NCBI GenBank assembly: GCA_964648615.1
Contig: CAZYNG010000001.1
Span: 1-48,788, forward strand
From: an uncultured Dehalococcoidales bacterium
GTDB lineage: Bacteria > Chloroflexota > Dehalococcoidia > GIF9 > AB-539-J10
Direction: 5' to 3'
DNA: 48,788 nucleotides
Shown: positions 29,016-37,754 of the stretch, in pieces
Layout: the number at the start of each line of letters is the position of its first letter
Position numbering within the stretch: the first letter of the stretch is position 1
Position numbers and translations under genes: made by a program
Notes under the pieces: generated by a model
Told to the model about the DNA's origin: nothing
Database searches by the model: none
What the model saw: only the letters and a program-made list of their open reading frames with translations

Positions 29016-30173
29016 GTGCAGTACGAGTTAACTGAAGAGCAAAAAATGCTGAAGGCTGCGGTGAGGAAATTAGCTGAGGAACAAATTGCGCCCGGGGCCC
29101 ATGAAAGGGATGAGAAGGAAGAATTTAGCTGGGAGATGGTTAGGCTTTTACGGGATGGCGGTTACTTAGGCATAGACTTCCCTGCGGAGTATGGAGGTGG
29201 TGATGCTGGCATGCTGGCTGAGACTATCGTGGTAGAGGAACTTTCTCGCGTCGATGCCTCCGTTGGACTTCTTGTTGCTGATCAGGCGCTCGGTGCATTG
29301 CCAATAATGTTGGCTGGTAACAAAGAAGTAAAGGATAGATTTCTTCCTAAGCTCAGCACGGGTGAGCATCTGGCTGCTTTTGCGCTTACAGAGACGTCCG
29401 GTGGTTCCGATGTAGCCGACTTTAGTTGTCGAGCTGAAAGGGGGAGCGATGGATACATTGTTAATGGCAACAAGATATTCGTTACTAATGGGGGTGTCGC
29501 TGAGGTAGTCACTGTGTACGTGGTAACTGATCCTGAGAAGGGTGCGTACAAGGGTTCTAGTGTATTAGCTGTCACCAAGGGGACGGCTGGTCTCTCTGTA
29601 GGTAAACACGAGGTCAAGATAGGTATTCGGAGTTCTGACACTGTGGAGCTTGTGTTTGAGGATTGTCATGTACCTGTTGAGAATCTTGTCGGGGAAGAAG
29701 GACGCGGATTTGCCATTTCTATGAAGACCCTGGATTTCGCTAGACCAGCAATAGCAGCTCAAGCTCTGGGTATAGCTCAGGGCGCTTTAGACTATTGTAT
29801 AGGTTATGCTAAGGAAAGAATTGTATTTGGTGTGCCTATTATCCAGCATGAAGGAATAGGATTTAAGCTGGCGGACATGTGTATACTTACTGAAGCGGCG
29901 AGACAGCTCTTATACAAGACCTGCTCCATCCTGCAGGAGTGTCCTAAGGATATGACCAGGCTATCACCAGAGCAAATTAGGTATTCATCAATGTGCAAGA
30001 CCTTTGCCAGCGATGTGGCAATGAAAGTGACTGTGGAAGCAGTACAGGTTGTCGGTGGCTTTGGATATTGCCGTGATTATCCCTTGGAGCAACGCATGAG
30101 GGATGCCAAGATAACTCAGATATACGAAGGCACAAACGAGATACAAAGGCTGGTGATTTCGAGGAATCTATAG
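29016..30173 (+). CDS. acyl-CoA dehydrogenase (short/medium-chain, butyryl-CoA dehydrogenase-like)
   Basis: 385-aa ORF with a GTG start and AGGAGG upstream. Motifs: LTEEQ.M......LAE..I.P, AFALTE..GGSD, K.F.TNGG and the C-terminal QIYEGTNEIQRLVI.R with catalytic Glu. Confidence 0.92.
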   Translation: MQYELTEEQKMLKAAVRKLAEEQIAPGAHERDEKEEFSWEMVRLLRDGGYLGIDFPAEYGGGDAGMLAETIVVEELSRVDASVGLLVADQALGALPIMLAGNKEVKDRFLPKLSTGEHLAAFALTETSGGSDVADFSCRAERGSDGYIVNGNKIFVTNGGVAEVVTVYVVTDPEKGAYKGSSVLAVTKGTAGLSVGKHEVKIGIRSSDTVELVFEDCHVPVENLVGEEGRGFAISMKTLDFARPAIAAQALGIAQGALDYCIGYAKERIVFGVPIIQHEGIGFKLADMCILTEAARQLLYKTCSILQECPKDMTRLSPEQIRYSSMCKTFASDVAMKVTVEAVQVVGGFGYCRDYPLEQRMRDAKITQIYEGTNEIQRLVISRNL

Positions 30174-30178
30174 ACGAT

Positions 30179-31102
30179 TCAGTAAATAGAAATGGGCTCT
30201 TTATCGGTAATGACTTTTCTGGTTTCGGATAACTTAAGTCTCAAGTGCTTAGGGATAGTGAACATGGCTTGATGAGTAAGCCCATCATAGAATTTCAGTT
30301 GTCTTGATATTCTTGTTGAGATTTTAAGGTCAATCTCTTCAGGTGTTAACTTAGCAGGGTCAAGTTTCTGGGAGGCAGAGGCAAAGCCCCACAGGCTATT
30401 AAAGGAAGGTATATGAGCTTGGTAGGGGCGAACTATGGGGAAAACGTTCGCCAGCGTATTAACGATGTCCGCGAAGTTCTCTAACTCTGTCCAATCGGCG
30501 GACTCGGCTTGAACCGAGATAATGCCATCTGGTTGCAGCCTTTGTTTAACCAGGTGATAGAATTCCTGGGTATATAGCAGGCGAGCCGGGCCTTCTTGTA
30601 AAGGGTCAGGCAGGTCAATGATGATGACATCAAATTTATCATCGTTTTTTTCAAGGTATTTCCTAGCGTCGGCGAAGTGCAATTCTGCCCGCTGGTCATC
30701 AAAGGAATTTTGGTGCCATGAAAACAAGAAGCGGCGGCAAATATCTACCACTTCTTCGTCAATATCTACCATGATAGCTTTCTTGACTGACTTGTGGGCC
30801 AGCACTTCTCTTAAGGTAGCTCCTTCACCACCACCAGCAATAAACACCTTCTCGGGATGGGAATGGGCGATGATGACAGGGTGTACTAAAGCTTCATGAT
30901 AGATAAATTCATCAACTTCGCTTGATTGAATCTTACCATCAAGTACAAGGCATTTCCCGAACCGCTCATTATTAATGATATCTATGGCCTGAAATTTGGT
31001 CTTCCCTGAGTATGTCAACTCCTTGACCCTGTATGATATGGTGATGTCGGGGTTGACATAATCATGAAACCATTTACGTTTATCAGGTTCAGCGGCCTTC
31101 AT
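30179..31102 (-). CDS. speE: spermidine synthase (polyamine aminopropyltransferase)
   Basis: 307-aa ORF with Q.I.I......G..L.LDG..Q, GGGEGATLREVL, and the DVIIIDLPDP acidic loop. Confidence 0.92.
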   Translation of the reverse strand: MKAAEPDKRKWFHDYVNPDITISYRVKELTYSGKTKFQAIDIINNERFGKCLVLDGKIQSSEVDEFIYHEALVHPVIIAHSHPEKVFIAGGGEGATLREVLAHKSVKKAIMVDIDEEVVDICRRFLFSWHQNSFDDQRAELHFADARKYLEKNDDKFDVIIIDLPDPLQEGPARLLYTQEFYHLVKQRLQPDGIISVQAESADWTELENFADIVNTLANVFPIVRPYQAHIPSFNSLWGFASASQKLDPAKLTPEEIDLKISTRISRQLKFYDGLTHQAMFTIPKHLRLKLSETRKVITDKEPISIY

Positions 31103-31479
31103 TAGTTTGCAACGCTCCTAACCTTACTTTCCTCTACCATACCTCTTCGTAACTCGATTATGGAACACTTTTGGGGCTGTAAGCTTTGTGTTATTAGATT
31201 GGCTATTTCCTCGGGATTTACATTGTTTCCGCAGGTAAACACATCTACAGCAGCGTAGCTATACTCCGGCCAGGTATGAATTGCGATGTGGGATTCAGCG
31301 ATATTAATTATTCCACTCACCCCACGAGGGGAGAATTGATGAAAAGATTCACCAACTATGGTAGCGCCGCACTGAAGGGCAGCTCGGTGCAAGCAATCTC
31401 TAAGAAAATCTAGGTCATTTAACACCTCCTTATTGCAATTTTTTAACTCTAGTAACAGATGTCTTCCCAGTGCATACAA
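31102..31479 (-). CDS. speD: S-adenosylmethionine decarboxylase proenzyme (small, pyruvoyl-dependent)
   Basis: 125-aa ORF with the self-cleavage and active-site motif ESHIAIHTWPE. The stop/start overlaps speE by 1 nt. Confidence 0.92.
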   Translation of the reverse strand: MYALGRHLLLELKNCNKEVLNDLDFLRDCLHRAALQCGATIVGESFHQFSPRGVSGIINIAESHIAIHTWPEYSYAAVDVFTCGNNVNPEEIANLITQSLQPQKCSIIELRRGMVEESKVRSVAN

Positions 31480-31596
31480 ATCACCTTCCCTCCTTTAAGA
31501 GATTCTTAGATTTGCGCCCAAGTTTTTGGGCAACAGGTGCAGATTTTATATCGTATGTTAACAAGGGTCAATATGTACTGTGAAAGAAAACGCCTA

Positions 31597-32451
31597 TTAT
31601 AAAGTGATTCTGGCTATTCTCTCAATACCAGCTAGATCGGGTATTATCGCAACGTTACCTTGGGGGAAGTGACTATTTATCAATGAAGTTATCGGCTCTT
31701 TTTGTCCATAGCCGATCTCTAAAAGCAGGCAACCACCTGGGCAAATCTTCTCCTGAGTTTGATTTAGTAGCTGGCGTATTACATTCAAGCCATCTTCTCC
31801 ACCAATTAAAGCTACCGAAGGTTCAAAATTCATTATTTCCGGGGGCAACATCCTCAATTCATGGTTTTTGACATAAGGTAGATTAGCTATTATTACATTC
31901 ACAGGCTCAGGCAGTGGTTCAAGCAGATTACCCTGCAGAAGGGTAACTTGATGGGTAACGTGGTATCGCTGGCAATTTATATGGGCTACGTGGAGAGCTG
32001 AAGCAGTGATATCTACGGCATAGACTTTGGCCTGTGGTAATGCTAAGGCAACGCTGATTGCGATAGCACCACTGCCAGTGCCAATATCAGCGAGGATAAG
32101 TTGACTTTGTGAAATACTGTGGTGGTGAGCGAAATCAATTGCTTCTTCGACCAGTAGCTCGGTTTCTGGTCTGGGAATGAAGACACGATGGTTAACATAA
32201 AAATCGTGACCATGAAAGTCACAATGCCCCGAGATATAGGCAATAGGTTCGTGAAGGAGGCAGCGATTAATGGAGTGCTGAAGCTCTCTTATTTCTGTTG
32301 GGGTCAATACTCTTTGTGGCTCACTATACAATTTTGTTTTTGATATTCCCAGCGCATGGCAAAGCAAAAGCTCAGATTCAATACCAGCCTCGTCGGAGTT
32401 TGCCGATGCCAGTGTTTGCCTAGTTAGAATCAAAGCTTCTCTCGAGGTCAT
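31597..32451 (-). CDS. prmC: peptide chain release factor N5-glutamine methyltransferase PrmC (HemK)
   Basis: 284-aa ORF with the SAM motif DIGTGSGAIA and the HemK N-terminal helical domain. Its start overlaps the upstream prfA stop by 4 nt. The catalytic tetrapeptide reads NLPY rather than NPPY. Confidence 0.88.
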   Translation of the reverse strand: MTSREALILTRQTLASANSDEAGIESELLLCHALGISKTKLYSEPQRVLTPTEIRELQHSINRCLLHEPIAYISGHCDFHGHDFYVNHRVFIPRPETELLVEEAIDFAHHHSISQSQLILADIGTGSGAIAISVALALPQAKVYAVDITASALHVAHINCQRYHVTHQVTLLQGNLLEPLPEPVNVIIANLPYVKNHELRMLPPEIMNFEPSVALIGGEDGLNVIRQLLNQTQEKICPGGCLLLEIGYGQKEPITSLINSHFPQGNVAIIPDLAGIERIARITL

Positions 32452-33518
32452 GAGAGGATTGCTTCCAGTTGTTGAGCTTGCTCTGTGGTGGATAGTGCTT
32501 CAAGGAGTCCATCAAGCTCACCATTCAGGATTTCAGTCAAGTTATGAAAAATGGTGTTAATGCGGTGGTCGGTGATCCGGTCCTGAGGAAAATTGTAAGT
32601 GCGAATTTTTTCTGCTCGGTCACCTGTGCCTACTTGCGTTCGACGCTCCCTCTCGATCGTCTCTGCTTGCTTATGTTGTTCTAGGTCGAATAATCTTGCC
32701 CTAAGAACCGCCATAGCTTTCATCTTGTTTTTCAGTTGAGAGCGTTCATCCTGGCAGGTAGCTGTTATTCCTGTGGGGATGTGTGTGATGCGTACCGCGG
32801 TGGTTAACTTGTTCACATTTTGTCCCCCAGCACCGCTGCTACGGAAAAGGTCTACCCTGAGCTCGTCTGGCTTTATGTTCAACTCGATTTCCTTTGCTTC
32901 GGGAAGAACAGCCACAGTAGTTGTTGAGGTGTGAATCCGTCCCGAGGCTTCGGTAATAGGCACTCGTTGCACTCTATGTACTCCGCGCTCATACTTCAGC
33001 TTGCTAAAGGCACCTTTACCTTTAACTTCGAATACCACTTCCTTAAAACCACCAATGTCACTTTGACTACTATTCATGATATTTATTTGCCATCCTTTAC
33101 GCTGAGCATAGTGACTGTACATGCGAAATAGATCGGCAGCAAAAAGGCTTGCTTCCTCACCACCAGCGCCCGCTCTTATTTCAACAATGATATCTTTGTC
33201 ATCGTTGGGGTTTTTTGGTAGCAAAGAAAGCTTTAGTTTATCAATCAGGTCATCCCGATGTTGTTCTAGCTTGTTTCGTTCTTCTTTGACCAGAGCAATC
33301 ATTTCAGGTTGAAGGTCATCATTAAGCAAAGCTTCGAGGTCAGCCAACTCCCTGGAGATCGTTTTATATTGTTGGTATTGGGTGACGATGTCCTTGAGGT
33401 TAGCTCTTTCCTGCAGCAGCTCTTGTAGCTGTTTTGGGTCAGTAGCAATTTCAGGCTGGGCAATCATCTGCTCCAGTTCTTCGTAGCGCTTTTCTATTAA
33501 TCCCAGTTTATCGAACAT
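32448..33518 (-). CDS. prfA: peptide chain release factor 1
   Basis: 356-aa ORF with the GGQ motif (SGAGGQNVNK), the RF1-type P-x-T tripeptide (RVPITE) and the ATCQDERSQ.KN pattern. Confidence 0.96.
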   Translation of the reverse strand: MFDKLGLIEKRYEELEQMIAQPEIATDPKQLQELLQERANLKDIVTQYQQYKTISRELADLEALLNDDLQPEMIALVKEERNKLEQHRDDLIDKLKLSLLPKNPNDDKDIIVEIRAGAGGEEASLFAADLFRMYSHYAQRKGWQINIMNSSQSDIGGFKEVVFEVKGKGAFSKLKYERGVHRVQRVPITEASGRIHTSTTTVAVLPEAKEIELNIKPDELRVDLFRSSGAGGQNVNKLTTAVRITHIPTGITATCQDERSQLKNKMKAMAVLRARLFDLEQHKQAETIERERRTQVGTGDRAEKIRTYNFPQDRITDHRINTIFHNLTEILNGELDGLLEALSTTEQAQQLEAILS

Positions 33519-33606
33519 GACTTCTAATTAACCCTTCTGTTCTTCAAAGCTATTATAATATAGCCCACGAAACCTATTCAAATAAATTTAAGGGGGTAGT
33601 GTTACT

Positions 33607-34446
33607 ATGAAGGTTTCCCCGGAGTGCTATGATTGCTTAGGAAGGCTAATTTGCCAGGCGGGCAAGCTGGCTACAAACGATGAATTACTCAGGCAAAAGG
33701 CGGTGGAAAAAGCCACAAATGTCCTTGACCGCGAATTTTCCAGTGAGCAGATATCCATCGCAATTGCTACCAAGCTCCATAAGATAATACGGGATGTAAC
33801 TGGCAATCCAGACCCCTATCGAACGGTGAAGGAAAATGAACTGGTGGTTGCCGGGGAATTATTTTCTAAGGTGAAGGGTCATTATAAAGATACTGTCAAT
33901 GATTATATCAAACTTGCTGCTGTAGCTAATGCCATAGATTTCTTCAGGAGTCTCGACGACGTTACCGAGGATATAAAGAAACCAGTGGAGTTTGCCATAG
34001 ACGATTCCCAGCGGTTTGAAGCAGAGTTAAGAAAGGCGTCCAAAGTTTTGTATTTGGCGGATAATGTTGGTGAAATCTATTTTGACTTGCCTTTGGTCAA
34101 AAAAATGAGGCAGTTGGTTGATGTTAAATATGTGGTTAAGCCTTCACCTGTTCAAAATGATGCCACGGCAGAGGATGTCAAAGAAGCTGGATTGGAAGGC
34201 GAATTTGGAGTGGTGATGACTACAGGTGTGGCTTCACCCGGGGTAATTCTTGACTTAGCTTCAAATCAATTCAGGCAGGAATTTAAAGCAGCGGACCTTG
34301 TATTCGCTAAAGGCATGGGAAATTATGAGTCATTGAGTGAACTTCCTGAGGAAGGAAAGGTGTTTTACTGCCTTATGGCGAAGTGTAGACCGGTGGCAAA
34401 CTCGTTGGGAATATCGCTGAATAGCTATGTTGCTATGCTGAGGTGA
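33607..34446 (+). CDS. DUF89/ARMT1-like damage-control phosphatase family protein
   Basis: 279-aa ORF with the N-terminal C..C pattern (PECYDCLGRL), DPY...K, the central ADN.GE...D acidic metal site and the C-terminal KG..NYE.L. Confidence 0.75.
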   Translation: MKVSPECYDCLGRLICQAGKLATNDELLRQKAVEKATNVLDREFSSEQISIAIATKLHKIIRDVTGNPDPYRTVKENELVVAGELFSKVKGHYKDTVNDYIKLAAVANAIDFFRSLDDVTEDIKKPVEFAIDDSQRFEAELRKASKVLYLADNVGEIYFDLPLVKKMRQLVDVKYVVKPSPVQNDATAEDVKEAGLEGEFGVVMTTGVASPGVILDLASNQFRQEFKAADLVFAKGMGNYESLSELPEEGKVFYCLMAKCRPVANSLGISLNSYVAMLR

Positions 34447-34469
34447 GTTAACACGTTGGTTTCTTATTT

Positions 34470-35024
34470 TTATATTAACTCTTTCAATGCGGAACAGTAA
34501 CCTTCATAAGTTGAGGAATCAAAAAGGACAAAATTCACCTCCTTCAGGGAAGCAGGTTTTTCTTTGAGGAACGAAACCACGGCTCTAAGAGCTACTCTTG
34601 CTGCCTTATCCAGGGGATAGCCGTATGCTCCTGTGCTTACAGAGGGAAAGGAGATACTGGTCAAATTCCACTCTGCTGCTAGTTTGAGGCTTTCACGGTA
34701 AGCGCTAGCCAAAAGCTCAGCTTCATTTCTGTCGCCACCATCCCAGATAGGCCCCACAGTGTGTATGACATGCTTTGCTTTGAGGTTTCCCCCTGTGGTA
34801 ATTACAGCTTTCCCTGTCGGCAATCGTCCTTGTTTAGCAACAATTTGCTTGCACTCATCCAGGATAGCTGGCCCACCAGCTCGATGTATTGCTCCGTCTA
34901 CTCCCCCGCCACCCATCAAACTAGGATTAGCAGCATTGACTATAGCGTCGGTATCTTGCTCAGTAATATCTCCTTGAATTAACGAAAGCCTGACTTGGTT
35001 AATTAGTGTCTCCATGTTTCCCAC
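34470..35024 (-). CDS. macro-domain protein (O-acetyl-ADP-ribose deacetylase / ADP-ribose-binding, YmdB-like)
   Basis: 184-aa ORF with GDIT....DAIVNAAN, GGGVDGAIH, and the ISFP..STG.YGYP motif. The start is GTG at 35024 or ATG at 35015. Confidence 0.88.
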   Translation of the reverse strand: MGNMETLINQVRLSLIQGDITEQDTDAIVNAANPSLMGGGGVDGAIHRAGGPAILDECKQIVAKQGRLPTGKAVITTGGNLKAKHVIHTVGPIWDGGDRNEAELLASAYRESLKLAAEWNLTSISFPSVSTGAYGYPLDKAARVALRAVVSFLKEKPASLKEVNFVLFDSSTYEGYCSALKELI

Positions 35025-35148
35025 TTATCGATATCGCAACTGAAGTACTAATTGTAAGAAATCTCATTACCAATAGCAACGCTGTGACTATCCTATTTCT
35101 CGTCTCCAGGGCAAGGTTACATGATGGGAAAAGTCTGCCAAGCCAGTC

Positions 35149-35177
35149 TTGATGAGATTAGTTGTTGCTGGTAACAT
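35149..35177 (+). promoter_or_regulatory. candidate promoter of the SRP RNA gene
   Basis: TTGATG (35149-35154), a 17-nt spacer, then TAACAT (35172-35177). This places a TSS at about 35183-35185, exactly where the SRP RNA terminal helix begins. Confidence 0.4.
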
Positions 35178-35182
35178 TTACG

Positions 35183-35456
35183 GTAGGTCGTGCTAGGCGG
35201 GGAGCTAGCGGTGCCCTGAACCCGAAATCCGCTATAGCGGGGCTGAATTCCTGCTTGAGATTTCGAGGTGCAAGGTTGCTTTTTGCTAAGCGGTGATGAA
35301 GTTTGGGTTCTATGCGACGGAGAACTACGAACCCCGTCAGGTCCGGAAGGAAGCAGCGGTAAGTAACATTCTCTGGGTGACATAGAGGTGCCTGGACGGA
35401 GCTGGCTGGCAAAAGTAATTTGCACCATAGAAACCGAGAGCAGGTGCACGACCTAG
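35183..35456 (+). ncRNA. ffs: signal recognition particle RNA, long (Bacillus-type, with Alu domain)
   Basis: It carries the invariant domain IV motif GTCAGGTCCGGAAGGAAGCAGC at 35336-35357. The 5' end TAGGTCGTGC pairs perfectly with the 3' end GCACGACCTA (35446-35455). The 5' region GTGCTAGGCGGGGAGCTAGCGGTGCCCTGAACC closely resembles the Alu-domain 5' region of B. subtilis scRNA, as I recall it. Length is about 270 nt. Ends are good to plus or minus a few nt. Confidence 0.85.
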
Positions 35457-35468
35457 ATTGATATTTGG

Positions 35469-36305
35469 ATGTATCTCAGGGCGAAAAAAAGATTAGGCCA
35501 GCATTTCTTGATTAACGAAAGCGTGGTGGAGCGCATTCTCTCTGCAGCTGAACTTGATAGGGCAGACATTGCTGTGGAGATAGGTCCAGGAATGGGCATA
35601 TTAACTAAAGAGCTGGCTCGGCGAACTGCCAAGGTGATTGCTGTTGAACTTGATATTAAATTGGTTAGTGTGTTGAATAAAAGGCTGGCTTCTTTTCCAA
35701 ATGTCGAGATTGTGCATGCTGATATACTCAAAATCACTCCTGAAGAACTTTTAAAGGGAAAGATTGGTACTCCAGTGAGTAGCGGACAAACTTATAAAGT
35801 AGTGGCTAATCTTCCTTATTATATTACTTCACCAATATTGTGGCATTTCCTTCGTGCTAAGTTGAAACCCTCGTTGATGGTGATAATGGTGCAGAAAGAG
35901 GTTGGCGAGGCTATTGCTGCCATGCCTGGCAAGATGACTCACCTCAGCATTGGTGTCCAATTTTACAGTAAGCCAACCATTATAACTTATGTGCTAGCTA
36001 AGGATTTCCGTCCCCCACCCAAGGTAGATTCTGTGGTCCTGCGTCTCGACGTTTATTCTGAACCACCCGTTGAGGTATCTGATGTCCAAGGTTTTTTTGA
36101 CATGGTTCATTGTGGCTTCAGTTCACGTCGCAAGCAACTCCGCAACTCCCTGGCTCACGGTTTGGCGATATCACCTGACCAAGTCTGCCGGTTACTTGAA
36201 GGGATTGGAATAGATGCTACAAGGCGAGCGGAAACTCTGAGCTTGGAGGAATGGCGAAAGCTATGGAAAGCTTTTGCCCCGTTCAGAACACAATCATTAT
36301 GCTGA
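35469..36305 (+). CDS. rsmA: 16S rRNA (adenine1518/1519-N6)-dimethyltransferase RsmA (KsgA)
   Basis: 278-aa ORF with KK.LGQHFL, the SAM motif VEIGPGMGILT, the catalytic ANLPYYITS and the C-terminal helical domain. Confidence 0.94.
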   Translation: MYLRAKKRLGQHFLINESVVERILSAAELDRADIAVEIGPGMGILTKELARRTAKVIAVELDIKLVSVLNKRLASFPNVEIVHADILKITPEELLKGKIGTPVSSGQTYKVVANLPYYITSPILWHFLRAKLKPSLMVIMVQKEVGEAIAAMPGKMTHLSIGVQFYSKPTIITYVLAKDFRPPPKVDSVVLRLDVYSEPPVEVSDVQGFFDMVHCGFSSRRKQLRNSLAHGLAISPDQVCRLLEGIGIDATRRAETLSLEEWRKLWKAFAPFRTQSLC

Positions 36306-37162
36306 CTGTCTACGCACCGGCAAAGATAAACCTCGTTCTCGAAGTTCTGGGCAAGTATGATGATAACAACCACCAAATCAGGAGCATTGCCCAGACGATA
36401 ACCTTATATGATGTTCTCAGCTTCGAGATGGCGAGAGAAATATCTTTGGAATGTAACGAATCAAGCTTGCAAGCTGAGAACCTGGTGGTGAAGGCAGCTG
36501 AGCTATTCCAAGAGGTTACCAATTGCCATAAGGGTGTGCGAATCAGGCTTCGCAAGAATATACCATGGGGGGTAGGTCTAGGTGGGGGGAGCAGTGATGC
36601 TGCCTCGACTCTTATGGCTCTTAATACTCTGTGGGAGGTGAATTTTCCTCAATCGCGGTTGGCTCATTTAGCTTCAACGATAAGTTCAGATGCCCCCTTG
36701 TTTGTCTACGGGGGCACCACTCTGGTAGAGGGAAGGGGGGAGAAAGTGACTCCGTTGCAGGATGCACCTCCAACTTACTTCGTCTTATATATGCCATCGG
36801 TAGCAAGGATACCAGATAAAACTAGCAGGCTTTACGGCAAATTAAGTACCAGGAATTTTACCCAAGGTCAGTTCGTACACGCCGCCTTGCAGACTTTGGA
36901 ACAGGGGGAAACGCTCCCTTCCTCTTTGATGGTTAATGTTTTTGAAGAGGTAGCTTTTGATATTTTCCCCAGGCTTGATAAATATAAGGAAATATTTGAA
37001 CAAACAGCGGGCTTGCCCATCCACCTCACTGGCTCGGGTCCTGGCCTGTTTGCTCCGGTTCTGAGCGAAGAAAAGGCTAATGAAGTGTGTCTATCTATGC
37101 AGAAGCGGGGACTGGAATGTTATGTGGTAACCTCGCTTCCTAGAGGTGAACCAAGTAAGTAA
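36299..37162 (+). CDS. ispE: 4-(cytidine 5'-diphospho)-2-C-methyl-D-erythritol kinase
   Basis: GHMP kinase with APAKINL.LEV and GLGGGSSDAA. I place the start at the ATG at 36299 (MLTVYAPAKINL), which overlaps the rsmA stop by 7 nt. The track's start at 36251 lies inside rsmA. Confidence 0.9.
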   Translation: MLTVYAPAKINLVLEVLGKYDDNNHQIRSIAQTITLYDVLSFEMAREISLECNESSLQAENLVVKAAELFQEVTNCHKGVRIRLRKNIPWGVGLGGGSSDAASTLMALNTLWEVNFPQSRLAHLASTISSDAPLFVYGGTTLVEGRGEKVTPLQDAPPTYFVLYMPSVARIPDKTSRLYGKLSTRNFTQGQFVHAALQTLEQGETLPSSLMVNVFEEVAFDIFPRLDKYKEIFEQTAGLPIHLTGSGPGLFAPVLSEEKANEVCLSMQKRGLECYVVTSLPRGEPSK

Positions 37163-37163
37163 G

Positions 37164-37754
37164 ATGCGAAGAAGATGGCTGAGATTGACGCTTTATAGCG
37201 CTGGCCTTATTGGACTTAGCGTTGGGTTTTTCTATTTACTCCAATACATCATGCTCCATTTTAATATCTCATCGGATGAATTAGGGCAATTTGCCTCTAC
37301 CGCTTATGCAATCGTTTTTGGTACTACTTTGTTATCTAACGCTAGCGTTATGGTTCCGGTCTATTTCCATACATCTCTAATGATGGCAGTGGCATCAGAG
37401 TGGAATCCCATTCTTGTGGCTTTGGTAGCCAGTATAGGTGGTGCCCTAGGGGAAATAACTGGCTACTATGCTGGTTACTTAGGAAAGAAGATAGTAGCTA
37501 CTGAAGGTATGCCGGGATACAATAGGTTTGTGGATTGGGTTAATCGATATGGGCCGCTGGCGATATTTCTTTTTTCTCTCCAGCCTATCTTGCCATTTGA
37601 TATCGCTGGACTTGCCGCTGGAGCATCAAGATTGCCGATATGGAAATTCTTGTTGCCGTGCTGGGCGGGGAAATTCATTAGATATAGTGTGCTTTGTTAT
37701 TTTGGTTATTGGCTTCTTCAATTCCTACCCTTATGGCCTCAGCCGCTGGGCTAA
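37164..37754 (+). CDS. YqaA/DedA-like (VTT-domain) membrane protein
   Basis: About 196-aa multi-pass hydrophobic ORF with the GGALGEITGYYAGYLG motif typical of the YqaA/COG1238 family. The ATG at 37164 lies 1 nt after the ispE stop. The 3' end overlaps the convergent cca by 24 nt. Confidence 0.65.
   Translation: MRRRWLRLTLYSAGLIGLSVGFFYLLQYIMLHFNISSDELGQFASTAYAIVFGTTLLSNASVMVPVYFHTSLMMAVASEWNPILVALVASIGGALGEITGYYAGYLGKKIVATEGMPGYNRFVDWVNRYGPLAIFLFSLQPILPFDIAGLAAGASRLPIWKFLLPCWAGKFIRYSVLCYFGYWLLQFLPLWPQPLG

Noticed and set aside
35117-35449. Two minus-strand ORFs from the track (110 aa at 35117-35449 and 84 aa at 35158-35412)
   Set aside because: They lie antisense to a clear SRP RNA gene (domain IV motif and terminal helix). 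Their translations are Ser/Pro/Arg-rich and low in complexity, with no RBS.
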